From: a virus
Taxonomy: Duplodnaviria; Caudoviricetes
Length of the DNA: 46,302 bases
Direction: 5' to 3' (one strand)
IMG/VR virus record: IMGVR_UViG_3300031473_000131
Location: 1 to 46,302 of that record
The notes below the pieces were generated by a model. That model had not been told where the DNA came from, did no database searches, and saw nothing but the letters and a program-made list of their open reading frames with translations. This document shows positions 8,217-18,437 of this stretch, piece after piece. Numbering within the stretch: position 1 is the first letter of the stretch; every line of letters starts with the position of its first letter. The position numbers and the translations under genes are program-made.

Positions 8217-9002
8217 TCACCCAAGTATTTTTTTAATCTGATCCAGCTTGTCGGTGGCCGTCGTATCAACTTGACCTGCACCCATCACATCCTTGACCAG
8301 ACGCACCAGATCGCCGCTTACGCGCAGGAAGTCGGCTTTCTGCTTGCGTAGGTCGTCCGACGGGTTCTTGCCGTCGTGGGCCACGTACAGGGACGTGGCA
8401 ATGCGTTCCGGCAGGAAGTAGTTGTTGCCGGAGTTCACCAGGTCGCGTACCAACTGCCCGAGGTCGCCCCCGTTCAAGAATTGGGTCTTTTGCTCAATGA
8501 TTGAATCGGGAGGCAGGTGGCCTACCAGTTCCAGATAGAGCTTCTTGGCGATGTCTCGATTGTCCATGTCTGGTCCTCCTTGCAAGTATTGTGTTGGGTC
8601 GATGCACGTAAGGGAGAGCAAGCCGATATTCGGATTGGTTCCCGCCGTCACCTCATAGTGCAAATGAAATCCCGTCACCCCTCTGCCAGTCATACCCTCG
8701 GTGGCAATCTGGGTAGTGGAATCGACCATCTGCCCCACATGGCAGGTGAAAGCCTCGACGTGCCAGTAGTTGTCTATCTGATCCCCTACTAGCACCTTGA
8801 CGTAATTGCCGCTACCTGCCGAATCCGTCCCAAGCGCGACGACCTTGCCGGGACGAACGGGGAAGATAGGGCAATACTTTGAGGGGCCAACCAGGTCGAT
8901 TCCCCGGTGAAAGTGGGCTACTCCCATGTAGCCGGGCTCTTGTTGCAGCCTCGATGGGCCGAAGGGCTGACTGACAACGTAGGTTCCGTGGAAAGGATTC
9001 AT
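8217..9002 (-). CDS. Endolysin, M23 peptidase with repeated C-terminal helical domain
   Basis: HRGIDL, YWH, TGFHLHYEV motifs. Confidence 0.9.
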   Translation of the reverse strand: MNPFHGTYVVSQPFGPSRLQQEPGYMGVAHFHRGIDLVGPSKYCPIFPVRPGKVVALGTDSAGSGNYVKVLVGDQIDNYWHVEAFTCHVGQMVDSTTQIATEGMTGRGVTGFHLHYEVTAGTNPNIGLLSLTCIDPTQYLQGGPDMDNRDIAKKLYLELVGHLPPDSIIEQKTQFLNGGDLGQLVRDLVNSGNNYFLPERIATSLYVAHDGKNPSDDLRKQKADFLRVSGDLVRLVKDVMGAGQVDTTATDKLDQIKKILG

Positions 9003-9211
9003 GAGCCTCCTAGGCTGCGTAACCAACTGCTGATGCGCTCAGCCAATTGGTTAAACGCCGTTCCACCCTCGACCTTGTCGAGCACAAAGAGCAGAACAAT
9101 CCCCCCAATTGCTACGGGAATGGCGATACCCAGAATAGACAGCAGAAATTGTCCCGCTACCAAGAGGATAGCTAACCCTATGGCAACGGTGATGGCGGTT
9201 GCGATAGGCAT
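8999..9211 (-). CDS. Small membrane protein
   Basis: Two TM segments; overlaps endolysin start. Confidence 0.6.
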   Translation of the reverse strand: MPIATAITVAIGLAILLVAGQFLLSILGIAIPVAIGGIVLLFVLDKVEGGTAFNQLAERISSWLRSLGGS

Positions 9212-9381
9212 TAGCGGATTGAGGGAAATGCTCCTGGGACGAACAGCCAGACAATAACAATAACGGCAATGATGAGATAGCCCAATTTTCGCTCGTGAGG
9301 CGTATCGGTAATCCGGTCAACCAGATACGTGCCAAGGAGGGCAATCAACAAGGCAATAAGAATTGTTACAAGTATGTTCAT
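9211..9381 (-). CDS. 56-aa 2-TM protein (not in ORF track)
   Basis: MNILVTILIALLIALLGTYLVDR...LIIAVIVIVWLFVPGAFPSIR; TAATG coupling. Confidence 0.65.
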   Translation of the reverse strand: MNILVTILIALLIALLGTYLVDRITDTPHERKLGYLIIAVIVIVWLFVPGAFPSIR

Positions 9382-9382
9382 A

Positions 9383-9694
9383 TTATCCTTTCCTGTAGAT
9401 AAGCTTCCAGCTTAATCCGGTAATAAAGAAGGTAAACAAAATAATAAAGCGCATGGTATCTCGTAAGGGGTCACTTGGGCTGTTGTGGACAAATTTATAA
9501 CCAAGATAGATAGTTGTTAGGCTGGCAAAGAACACAAACGTCAGGGTCAGAACGGGCAGGAGTTTTCGGATAAGGCGGTAGTCATCCTGCGTCGGCAATT
9601 CACGAAGCTGAACCGGCACCACGTCGATTAAAATAAATCCCAGGCCCACGACTGATAAGATGATTCCAATAAGTGAAAATATATGAGCGAGCAT
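9383..9694 (-). CDS. 3-TM membrane protein
   Basis: Three hydrophobic segments in lysis cassette. Confidence 0.65.
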   Translation of the reverse strand: MLAHIFSLIGIILSVVGLGFILIDVVPVQLRELPTQDDYRLIRKLLPVLTLTFVFFASLTTIYLGYKFVHNSPSDPLRDTMRFIILFTFFITGLSWKLIYRKG

Positions 9695-9930
9695 TATGGT
9701 CTTCCTGCGGCTTTGGCTATTCTAATGGCGATATCGCCTGCCATGAGCTGCATTTCATCCCCCATTCTATCAAACTTTCTACCCGCTTTGGCACTTTGCA
9801 GAGTTGACCTATGGACGGTGGCATCCAAAAGCTCGCTACTCTGCTGCTTCAACTGCTCGATTTCCTGATGATTTTCAGTCAAAGTCCGATTGTGTCCAAA
9901 TATGGTATTGAAGAAAGTAGACAGTATCAT
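9694..9930 (-). CDS. Hypothetical helical protein
   Basis: Translationally coupled to neighbours. Confidence 0.6.
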   Translation of the reverse strand: MILSTFFNTIFGHNRTLTENHQEIEQLKQQSSELLDATVHRSTLQSAKAGRKFDRMGDEMQLMAGDIAIRIAKAAGRP

Positions 9931-10208
9931 TGTTGTCTCATGTTACTATTTTGCTGTAGGTTTTGCACTACCAGATATGTAGCGTCGGCCACCTTATTGG
10001 CCTTCTCCAAAGCAATAACATGGCTTTCGTTCATCTTATCTATCGCCGACTGAAATTTATCGGTCATCTCTTTTACATCGAGTATGCGTGACGAGCTTTC
10101 CACCTGCCTGTCTTTGTACAATTTGTAATTGACCAGGCAGGACAGAACGAACAAGGTGTAGCCTATTCCCTGATTCGCAAGTTGGGACAGGATAGCAGTC
10201 ATTTCCAT
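9927..10208 (-). CDS. Holin-like single-TM coiled-coil protein
   Basis: LANQGIGYTLFVLSCLV then coiled coil, resembling BhlA-type holins. Confidence 0.55.
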   Translation of the reverse strand: MEMTAILSQLANQGIGYTLFVLSCLVNYKLYKDRQVESSSRILDVKEMTDKFQSAIDKMNESHVIALEKANKVADATYLVVQNLQQNSNMRQQ

Positions 10209-10241
10209 AGTGTTAGATGGTGATGTTATCTTGTGGCATGA

Positions 10242-11195
10242 TTATTTCTTGAGTTCCACGATACTTAAAGACTGCTGAGTAAACACGCTTATGGTCGCGG
10301 CGGTAGTCACACCTGCCTGAAGTTTTATCGTGTGACTTCCAGCAGCGACTCCTGTTATCAGGAATGTCCCACTAACAGTAAATCCGTTTCCATTTCCGTT
10401 TTGCCATACCTTGCCCACGAATGAGCTATCAATCATACATTTCACGAGCATATCGGCTTGAGCGCTGAGGGTAAACATCTGGTTGAAGGCAACAAGTAAA
10501 TCTCCGCCAGTAGTGGTGAGGGTCTTGGTCATCTTTGTTATGTCATACCATGTGGTTGCAGCACTGCCTATAGCTCCGGAACCTCCAGTAAGGAAGTCGT
10601 TTGATGCGTTAGCCACTATCGCTCGTTGCGTTACAGAGTTGGCTGCGAGCTTTGAGCCGTCAATCGTGGCAAAAGTTCGCTTGTCTGAGATATCACCCAA
10701 GACGATAGTGGTGAAGCCGGAAGCGGCTGTCACGTCGCCTAATCGGACACCCACGTTGCCAGCTCCGACAGCAGTTTGAATATCAGATTGTATAGGGGCG
10801 GTAGGGGTAACAGCAGTAGCACCCTGAACCGATACGATAGAGGCTACGTTGTTGGCCAAATTATTGGGCGTCGTTCCCAAGTCGATTTTCAAAGCAATGG
10901 CGTCGATTCGCGGGTTGCCTGAGCCATTGGTGGGTAGAGTAGGGGACAAGGTGTAGTCTGCGTCAAGGTCAACCACATAGACCATGGTATTGGTAGCGTT
11001 CGGGGCATAGTAGCGCCCGGCCTTGATGACGACCGTTCGACTGGAGGCTCCGGGAGGAGTGACCTTGAACGCGTTGACGTCCTTGGCTCCAGGCGTGATG
11101 AAGTCGATGATGGCTGTGGACAGATCAGCGTCCGAAACGCCACCTATGCCACCGCTGGGTGCTTTGCCGTTAATAATTTTTACGGTGAGTGCCAT
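10242..11195 (-). CDS. Tail fibre/receptor-binding minor tail protein
   Basis: NPRIDAIAL and ISDKRT motifs of siphovirus minor tail proteins; position. Confidence 0.7.
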   Translation of the reverse strand: MALTVKIINGKAPSGGIGGVSDADLSTAIIDFITPGAKDVNAFKVTPPGASSRTVVIKAGRYYAPNATNTMVYVVDLDADYTLSPTLPTNGSGNPRIDAIALKIDLGTTPNNLANNVASIVSVQGATAVTPTAPIQSDIQTAVGAGNVGVRLGDVTAASGFTTIVLGDISDKRTFATIDGSKLAANSVTQRAIVANASNDFLTGGSGAIGSAATTWYDITKMTKTLTTTGGDLLVAFNQMFTLSAQADMLVKCMIDSSFVGKVWQNGNGNGFTVSGTFLITGVAAGSHTIKLQAGVTTAATISVFTQQSLSIVELKK

Positions 11196-11201
11196 ATACG
11201 C

Positions 11202-11411
11202 CTATTGTACGGGTGGTACGTCCTGACTTTTATATGCTTTGTCCTGTTCATTCGGGAATACGTCTTCGGGCTTAGTCAGGAGTTCCAATTGCTCGTCATG
11301 GGGCAGTTCGGTCACATCGATTGCTTCCGTTGCCTCGTGTCCGACATAGGTCAACCGGGCGTTGTGTTGGAGGGTCACGGCTCCGTTACTATGCTTGATG
11401 AGTTCGCTCAT
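11202..11411 (-). CDS. Hypothetical tail-region protein
   Basis: Coupled ORF. Confidence 0.6.
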   Translation of the reverse strand: MSELIKHSNGAVTLQHNARLTYVGHEATEAIDVTELPHDEQLELLTKPEDVFPNEQDKAYKSQDVPPVQ

Positions 11412-11872
11412 ACATTGGCTCCCGACAATAGCGGTAGTCGCCAGTCAACAAAGACCCCAATCGAGTTCAAGGCTGTGGTTCCCCGGTTACGGAAGAACAC
11501 CGCATATTGCAGGTCGTTGGCTTCAGAAGGGGCAATCGAGCCGTAGAGACAGTAGGGCATGACATCAAAGGCTCGTAAGTCCGCTGCCGTCCAACGCGAA
11601 CCCAGTGGCCAGATATTTGAGCCGTCAAGAGTCTGGGTCATATCGCGGTAGATAAGCATGCGGGGTGAACCCATGACCAGGGCATTGTTGTCGTTGTGGA
11701 GGGTAAACCAGGCCAGGGTCATATCGGTGGACGTTCCCGTTGCACCTAAACTGAAGACCGTCTCACCCACGTTCGATGACTGGACAGAGGTGGCACGGGG
11801 GTAGCGCTCCATGGCATTCAGGCGTTGCTCGTGATCTTTCAGTTGTCCCAGTATATCGTCAGGCAAGTTCAT
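11408..11872 (-). CDS. Hypothetical minor tail protein
   Basis: N-terminal short coil LKDHEQRLNAMER; position. Confidence 0.6.
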   Translation of the reverse strand: MNLPDDILGQLKDHEQRLNAMERYPRATSVQSSNVGETVFSLGATGTSTDMTLAWFTLHNDNNALVMGSPRMLIYRDMTQTLDGSNIWPLGSRWTAADLRAFDVMPYCLYGSIAPSEANDLQYAVFFRNRGTTALNSIGVFVDWRLPLLSGANV

Positions 11873-11873
11873 A

Positions 11874-12890
11874 TTAGTTCGGGTTGAAGATTATCTTGGC
11901 CGTTTCCCGGCCCAAATTACTGCGTGTCAGCTCAATGCCATACATTCGGTACAACCCGTGTACCTGAATCAATCCATCATCAATATCCACCTGAGCGCTG
12001 TCACCCACATCATACGCGCCCCAGTCATCAGCCGTCACGTGAATGGTCACGATCTGCTTGGGCACTTGCCTGACCAACCGCTCAGATTCCGCCCGTTCGT
12101 CCAAAGTGGTTTGGTCGGAGATATCCTTGAATGAGAGGGTGCGTTCACGCAGTCTATAGCTGTTTAACAAATAGTCTGGAGACTGAGAGGTGGATGTCAG
12201 CATGTTGGCTCCGTCACCCGCGCCTAATAAGGTCAATTTGTTGGTTAAGGCGGTCGCGTCTTCCGTTACCCAGTGGTCGATGATGTTGGTGCCGGTGGAA
12301 AATGCCAGATCCAATACCCGCCCTCGTTGCGGATAAAAGGAGTTGATGACCTTTCCGGGAGTTATCTCGATGTCCAGTCCGTTGCTGATGTTGGAGTTAG
12401 ACAGACCTTCGATTGCAGATTTTACGGTGTCGAACTGATAGTTGCGGATTGCCGTTCGAGAGGTGGCAAGTGTCCCGACGGTCAAGCCAATATTGCCCCA
12501 GCCGATCTGGGTATTGACGATCATGTTATCCAGAATGGCTGACAGGCCAACCTCGTTGTAGGAGGTTGGATAGATGTTATTGCCTACCAACCGGGCTTCG
12601 AGTAGCGATAGCCAACCCTTGGCTCCGTACTGAATCATGCCCTGATTGAGCGCCCCTGAGCGGGTCTGGATTTCCCCCGCCTGCAACAGACTGTTGTTGC
12701 GGTAGACCTCAATCTCGGTGAACCCCAATGTAATGTCATCAGACGACAAATCGGAACCCTGCTTGGGCAGCTCAAAGGTCACGGCTCCGGGAGCGTTTAG
12801 ATACCAGCCACAGGTCAGGCTGGCAGTCTGGGGCAGTTCGGTGACGGTGTCGCCACTCTTGTTTTTAATGAGGGTGGTGTAGTCGATCAT
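11874..12890 (-). CDS. Baseplate hub/Gp37-like minor tail protein
   Basis: LNAPGAVTF, LGAGDG, YDVGDSAQV; follows Dit. Confidence 0.75.
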   Translation of the reverse strand: MIDYTTLIKNKSGDTVTELPQTASLTCGWYLNAPGAVTFELPKQGSDLSSDDITLGFTEIEVYRNNSLLQAGEIQTRSGALNQGMIQYGAKGWLSLLEARLVGNNIYPTSYNEVGLSAILDNMIVNTQIGWGNIGLTVGTLATSRTAIRNYQFDTVKSAIEGLSNSNISNGLDIEITPGKVINSFYPQRGRVLDLAFSTGTNIIDHWVTEDATALTNKLTLLGAGDGANMLTSTSQSPDYLLNSYRLRERTLSFKDISDQTTLDERAESERLVRQVPKQIVTIHVTADDWGAYDVGDSAQVDIDDGLIQVHGLYRMYGIELTRSNLGRETAKIIFNPN

Positions 12891-13717
12891 GCGTTCAAAT
12901 AGGTTATAGGGAGTGTGATCTGAGCACTGACTGACGGGTCATTGGAATCGGCCACAAACCGCACTTCGGTCACTCCTGTGCCCACCTTCCACCACTTGCC
13001 CCGGAACTGTCCACCCCGGCTGCGTCCGGTGTCGTCGCTCACCCGGTGCGCCCGGAAGTCGATATTCAGATATTGGCCAGCAAGCAGGGTTAGATTAAAC
13101 AGCATGTCCTGTCCGGTGGTGATATTACGCAAAGAAGGATTGACCACGGGTCCGGGGATATGGGCAGTCGAATAACTGGGAGCCGAGCCGGTGTTGGTAA
13201 AGAAGGCGCTACCACCTGAGTTCATGGACAGGCTCATGGGGACCGTAGCCGGGACAGTGCCGCCACCCGTCACACTCAAGGATAGGGAGATCGTGGTATC
13301 ACTGGCTCCGGTGAGAAACGGAAACGAGGCCATCATCGGAATGTGGAAGGCGCAGGCAAAGGGTGAGTCGGGGGTCGGGTCAAAGTCCGGCTTGTCAGAC
13401 ACCACAGCTTTAATCTGTCTGGTCGGGCGGCTGTCGTATTCAAAGACCAAAGGTTGCTCACCGTTAAAGGGGGTAAAGGCGGCGGACAACTGGTCGCGTT
13501 TATCGACAAACTCCTGAATCGTGGTGGCGATAATCATGCCCTCCAGCGCAAAAGCCCGTTGGCCGTAGTAGGTGGACACATACACGCCGTAGTCGGCCAA
13601 TGGCATGTCGAAGCTCTCACGCCTGATTGAGCCGCCTGATAATCCGGGCACACCGTCAAGCATGAAGTAGGGGTTGTCGTTAAAGCTGATACCGGGATAG
13701 GAGACACGGGGAAACAT
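12887..13717 (-). CDS. Distal tail protein (Dit)
   Basis: NTGSAPS...GPVVNP; directly after tape measure. Confidence 0.75.
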   Translation of the reverse strand: MFPRVSYPGISFNDNPYFMLDGVPGLSGGSIRRESFDMPLADYGVYVSTYYGQRAFALEGMIIATTIQEFVDKRDQLSAAFTPFNGEQPLVFEYDSRPTRQIKAVVSDKPDFDPTPDSPFACAFHIPMMASFPFLTGASDTTISLSLSVTGGGTVPATVPMSLSMNSGGSAFFTNTGSAPSYSTAHIPGPVVNPSLRNITTGQDMLFNLTLLAGQYLNIDFRAHRVSDDTGRSRGGQFRGKWWKVGTGVTEVRFVADSNDPSVSAQITLPITYLNA

Positions 13718-15807
13718 TACAGGCTCCCCATCTGCTTGCCGTAATAGGCCAGCTTTTGACCGAGGGTCTCGATATCCACATCCTGGTTGATAGTGGCGTA
13801 GACGTTGATGGTCTGATTACCGTAATTGCCAGATTGCTTGTGGGTCGGTAAGACGGTTTCGCCACCGTGGGCCACGATTAACTGAGCGGAACCAATTGGT
13901 CCGGGCACGACCCCGCCATTATCGAAGTGGGGTAAGTGACCGAGCTTAGGCACACCGGGGAGCTTGCCTACCGTGTTATTTAATCCGTCGACGAAGCTAT
14001 TTATTTTGTCTACGATCCAGTTGACGGCGGTTGTAATAACAGACTTGGCCGAGTTGATGGCACTGGCGATGGCTCCGCCAATTGCATTCCCGATTGAGTT
14101 GCCCGCACCCGTTGCCGAGTTGGTCAGGCTGCTCCAGATGCCACCAAAGAACCCTACTGCTCTATTCCAGACACTTGCAATCCAATTCCAGGCAGCTGCT
14201 CCTGCGGCGCTCACTCCGCCCCAGACTACGGCCATGACGCTCCCCACCCACTGGGCAGCAGCTACAATCGAGCCAATGACTGGTGCGATGACGTTGGTAT
14301 AGATGAAATTCCAGATAGTTCCAGTGACTGAGGCAATCCACTGCCAGACCGCAACGATTGCGCCTCCCACCGCTTGGATACCAGCGGTTATCAGGTCAAG
14401 GACGGGTTTTATAGCGGTAGTCCATAGGAACTCCCACAACACGATTGCTGCGCCCCGGATGACGGCAAAGACATACAGCACAATATTGAGCTGGAGCATC
14501 CAAGCGCCAATAAACAGATTAAAAATAGGACCAACTACCGTCCAGATAGCAGCCCACACGTTCTGAATGATGCGCCCGATAGATTCAAATACCGTCTTAG
14601 CTGAGGTAGCGATAGTAGTAAGAGTGATGGTCCAAGCTTGTGCGACTAGATTGACAGTCTTGACCCAAGTTTCCTTGAGCCAGATAGCTTTATCAACTAC
14701 CCACGTGATGGCGTTGCCAATGCCCGGCACGAACGTACCGCTAAACCACTTAACGAGCCCCTCAACCGTCGTCCTGACACCCCAGAAGTTGTCGTCCCAA
14801 GCTTTGACCACCCGAGAGACGAGATACCCAAGGGCCACCAATGCCAGACCCAGCGCAATCACCTGCCAGTTGGCGGCGATAAAGGCCACCACGACAATCC
14901 CCAATAAGACACCAATAACCGTCAACATGCCGATGATATTTTCTCGATTTGACAAGAACTTTCGGACAGCGGGGACGGCGGTGCCAGACAACCACTCACC
15001 AAATTGCTGAATAAGGGGAATGGCTTTGGCCAGCGCCTCTTTTATCATGTCAAATAAACCGGAAGTCTTCAAAAAGTCAACCATGGAGATGTTTACCGTG
15101 TCGTGTAAATTGCTCCACAACTGATTGAGTGTTCCCGCCTGCGAGCTGAACGCTTTTTCGAACCGGCCACCTGCACTGCCAGCCTTGTCGAACATCTTGG
15201 TTAATACGTCGAAGGTGACGCCACCATCAGATATCAGGGCTTGGAGCGCGTCGCCACTCTTGCCAGTTGCCTGAGTAAGCAATTCGTAGATGGGAATACC
15301 AGCAAAGGCGAATTGCTTAATGTCCAAAGCTGAGGCGTGCCCTACCGCCCCAATCTGTTGCAGGTTGACGATGATCCTGTCTAATTCCGGTTGGCCCTTG
15401 CCCATGGCAGACAAAGCCTTTCCGACGTTCAACAGGAGTGATTCGGATTTTCCTGCGTCTTTGGTCACGGAGGTCAGTAACTGGTTGGCCTGAATCAGGC
15501 CGGGGAGTTCAAAGGGAGTAGCGGCAGCGTCACGCTTGATCATGGCGATTGCGGCATCCGCCAGCTTAGCCGAACCAAGCAGTGTGATAAACCCCTGACG
15601 TGATGTCTCGAGGTCGGCGGCGATCTTGGTGCCATAGCCGATTGCGCCCGCAGCAGCGGTGGCGACGATCGCCAGACCACCAGCCAATTTGTTGGCCGCC
15701 GCGCCGATCCCCTGGAACGAGCCGGAGATGGTACTGGCTGCACCTTGGACGACCTTGGAGGCTTCGACTTTGGCTTGGAGAATTATTTGGAGAATATCGT
15801 TGCCCAT
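13717..15807 (-). CDS. Tape measure protein
   Basis: AATPFELPGL tape-measure domain, periodic W/F residues, GGVVPG...AHGGETVLP. Confidence 0.92.
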   Translation of the reverse strand: MGNDILQIILQAKVEASKVVQGAASTISGSFQGIGAAANKLAGGLAIVATAAAGAIGYGTKIAADLETSRQGFITLLGSAKLADAAIAMIKRDAAATPFELPGLIQANQLLTSVTKDAGKSESLLLNVGKALSAMGKGQPELDRIIVNLQQIGAVGHASALDIKQFAFAGIPIYELLTQATGKSGDALQALISDGGVTFDVLTKMFDKAGSAGGRFEKAFSSQAGTLNQLWSNLHDTVNISMVDFLKTSGLFDMIKEALAKAIPLIQQFGEWLSGTAVPAVRKFLSNRENIIGMLTVIGVLLGIVVVAFIAANWQVIALGLALVALGYLVSRVVKAWDDNFWGVRTTVEGLVKWFSGTFVPGIGNAITWVVDKAIWLKETWVKTVNLVAQAWTITLTTIATSAKTVFESIGRIIQNVWAAIWTVVGPIFNLFIGAWMLQLNIVLYVFAVIRGAAIVLWEFLWTTAIKPVLDLITAGIQAVGGAIVAVWQWIASVTGTIWNFIYTNVIAPVIGSIVAAAQWVGSVMAVVWGGVSAAGAAAWNWIASVWNRAVGFFGGIWSSLTNSATGAGNSIGNAIGGAIASAINSAKSVITTAVNWIVDKINSFVDGLNNTVGKLPGVPKLGHLPHFDNGGVVPGPIGSAQLIVAHGGETVLPTHKQSGNYGNQTINVYATINQDVDIETLGQKLAYYGKQMGSL

Positions 15808-15841
15808 ATATAGGGCATGATAGGAAGCGGGAGGGTGCTTT

Positions 15842-16398
15842 TTAGACGTTTTTCCCAGACGGCTTGTTGGCCAGGTTCTCCGCTTGGTTGCGGCCAGAGA
15901 TCAGGGCTTGCATGGACTCTACCCACCAGTCGGGCTGGTCCATCAGAACGGTATAGGGCAGCTTCAATACATGACACAGCAAGGCCAGTTGCAGGTCGGG
16001 GTTAGTCAGTTTGTGGTTTGAGTGGAAGAATTTGAAGGCCTCTAGCTGGAGGTCTGTGATTTTTTTGCGCGGTCAGTCACCTCAGCGACTTTAGCGGCAA
16101 CGGCTTCACCATCGTCTTCCGGCATATCCAGAATGGCCTCAAAGGCATTGTCTGCCTGGGAACCGTCGGGGTTGGTTACGGACACCACCAGATATTCCAT
16201 CGCCTTGCGCCGGTAGGCAAACAGGTCCTTGATAGCCACTTCCATGTCCATCTTTTTGGTATCCGGATTCACGGCGTCGAGCTTAATACTGTTGTTGCCC
16301 AGTAAGGACTCCTGAACGTCGAGCTTATGGCGGTAGCTCAAGGCCTTTTTGAGGGTGACGACATAGTTCGAGGGAGTGGTGAGGGTAAGGGTATCCAT
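15842..16398 (-). CDS. Tail assembly chaperone G (16042-16398) and -1 frameshift product GT (to 15842)
   Basis: GCA AAA AAA TCA slippery site at 16060-16066; -1 frame open to TAA at 15842 (LCHVLKLPYTVLMDQPDWWV). Confidence 0.8.
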
Positions 16399-16399
16399 A

Positions 16400-17350
16400 T
16401 TACACAAGGGTCGCTAAGGTGTTGGTCGCATCGACATTGAGCAATTTGCCGGTTGATTGGTCGAGTATGGCTTCAAAGTTGACGCTGATCAGGTTCATGT
16501 CATCACTGATGGGTTCTTTGACGGCGGTGTAGACCACAGCGGGTAACGCGACGGTAATCCCCATGAATTTCGTTGCACCAATCAGATCTGAGCCGGTTAT
16601 GGTCAATGACAGTGCCTGTACGGTCTTGTTCAGGTAGGCGGTGTACTGGGCGGCTGAGGTGTTGTCCAGATACAGATCAAACGAACCGGTGACTTCGGAT
16701 GGCTTAACGAAGTTGTAGGATGGGTCGATTGAACCATTGAGTGCGGTCTTTAATTCCAGTCCGTTCTTGTACTCGACCTGGATATTCTCGGCCTGTGGCT
16801 GGCTGACGGTGGCAATCTTGAGGTCGGCTCCGAGGAAGGTTAACGGGTTGGCGGTTTCATAGGCTGGGGTTATAGCGGTGGCGGTAGTCACGGACTTGGC
16901 TACCAGACCAAAGTTGACCACAATCGGCTCATCGGTCTTGGCCGTAATTTTGAAGCCAGTAGCCATGACACCTGCGAAGCGCTGGACAATTTCGCTCTGT
17001 GCCTGTTCGACGGTGAGAGAAGATTTAGCGGCCGTTTCGGTAAAGGCATGTTTGTAGACGCCGGTTTCGATCAGTGTCGGGGTATCTGTACCAATAGCGG
17101 ATTGGAAAAGGTAGGCAGCATATCCTGGAATGACATCGACTTCATACTCGCCTGAGTAGGAGGCAACCTTTTTATAGGAGCCGGAGTTGTTCTTGGCTAA
17201 CGTGCCTTTGATCCCGGTCGGGAAACCCGCAGGTCGATTGACCGTCAGACCGTCGCTGGTATGAACGCTAATGGATTTGGTAGGGGTAACAGGTGTGCCC
17301 CAAGTCGATTCTTTGGCGAAGGAAATGGCGGATAGGATACCGGAACTCAT
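16400..17350 (-). CDS. Major tail tube protein
   Basis: AKESTWGTPVTP, YKHAF, SLTVEQ, VTGSFDL. Confidence 0.85.
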   Translation of the reverse strand: MSSGILSAISFAKESTWGTPVTPTKSISVHTSDGLTVNRPAGFPTGIKGTLAKNNSGSYKKVASYSGEYEVDVIPGYAAYLFQSAIGTDTPTLIETGVYKHAFTETAAKSSLTVEQAQSEIVQRFAGVMATGFKITAKTDEPIVVNFGLVAKSVTTATAITPAYETANPLTFLGADLKIATVSQPQAENIQVEYKNGLELKTALNGSIDPSYNFVKPSEVTGSFDLYLDNTSAAQYTAYLNKTVQALSLTITGSDLIGATKFMGITVALPAVVYTAVKEPISDDMNLISVNFEAILDQSTGKLLNVDATNTLATLV

Positions 17351-17502
17351 GATTGTTTGCCTTTGGCGGCTTCCTCCTTGTTGATGGTTTCAAAGTCGGG
17401 GTGCTTGATGGACTGCTCTACCTCCAGCGTGTCACCGGGCTTCACCGTGCCGATTTCAGGGATAAATACGGGCGCATCGCCCTTAAAAATGTAGTGCTTC
17501 AT
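17347..17502 (-). CDS. Small hypothetical protein
   Basis: MKHYIFKG...VKPGDTLEV; ATGA overlap with tail tube gene. Confidence 0.6.
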   Translation of the reverse strand: MKHYIFKGDAPVFIPEIGTVKPGDTLEVEQSIKHPDFETINKEEAAKGKQS

Positions 17503-17547
17503 TACTGGCAGTGTAGCGACATATCCCATCAGCGTTATATGGATTCA

Positions 17548-17958
17548 TCAGGTGCGCGCCACAAAGGCCTTGGCCATGATGTCGATTTCGGCCACGGTCA
17601 CGGGGACTTCCCTGTCTGCCGGTTGAATTCGGGCATTGCTGGGTTCGGCAAACGAGCAAGTATTATTGAGTGTCGGATTGCTGTCTATGGCTGCTACCAC
17701 TCCGTCCATCAGGCTTCTGACATCAGCCTCTACCTGTTCATCACGGCTGTTCATGGCGGGGAGATACAGCCGAAGCACAAAATGGAAGATTCGCATGTTG
17801 GAATTAGTCGAGCGAAATTCTCCCAGGTGTCCCGCTGCTTGAATGGTCAGAGCCGGGAATACCTTCAGTTCGTCTGGTTCATAATTGTAGACGACTTCAA
17901 TATTAGGCACGGTGTTTAAGATTGATTCCAATACATTGCCGATAGTGGTGTAATTCAT
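17548..17958 (-). CDS. Tail terminator-like protein
   Basis: Position; FPALTI, DSNPTLNNTC. Confidence 0.65.
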   Translation of the reverse strand: MNYTTIGNVLESILNTVPNIEVVYNYEPDELKVFPALTIQAAGHLGEFRSTNSNMRIFHFVLRLYLPAMNSRDEQVEADVRSLMDGVVAAIDSNPTLNNTCSFAEPSNARIQPADREVPVTVAEIDIMAKAFVART

Positions 17959-17960
17959 AC

Positions 17961-18437
17961 TTAGAGTTGTTTCAGAGCTGACTCAACCTCCCGTTTCACA
18001 TTGGCCCGATAAATGGGTGTGCTCTCAGTCCGCGCTTTCTTCATAAACCAGTGAGGCTTTACTCCCGCCACGCTCTTGGCAAATACCCACTTGCCATTCT
18101 TCTGCCAAGCCAGCGTCTTGGCGTGGCGCGGATAGATACGGCCATGACCGGCATAAACGCCTGTGCCTTCCTCCTGCCACTTGGCGTGTTTTAGACTCGT
18201 GCCAATTCGGGTCTTGATAAGCAGTCCTGCGCCCTCGGTCGGATGTACCAGAATCGAGGCATGGAGCTGCCCGGTGTCCCTGGGGGCGTACACTCGGGCG
18301 ATTCGTTGAATGATCGGAGCCGTCGTTGCCTGGGCAACCTGGAAGGCTGCACCTATCACCTGTGGCGACTTGTTGTACTTGGCTTGCAGTTCGCGTAACC
18401 CCTTGACATCAATAGACATCTGGACTGGTTCGTTCAT
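17961..18437 (-). CDS. HK97 gp10-like neck protein
   Basis: APRDTGQLHASI, QEEGTG, GVKPHWFM. Confidence 0.8.
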   Translation of the reverse strand: MNEPVQMSIDVKGLRELQAKYNKSPQVIGAAFQVAQATTAPIIQRIARVYAPRDTGQLHASILVHPTEGAGLLIKTRIGTSLKHAKWQEEGTGVYAGHGRIYPRHAKTLAWQKNGKWVFAKSVAGVKPHWFMKKARTESTPIYRANVKREVESALKQL

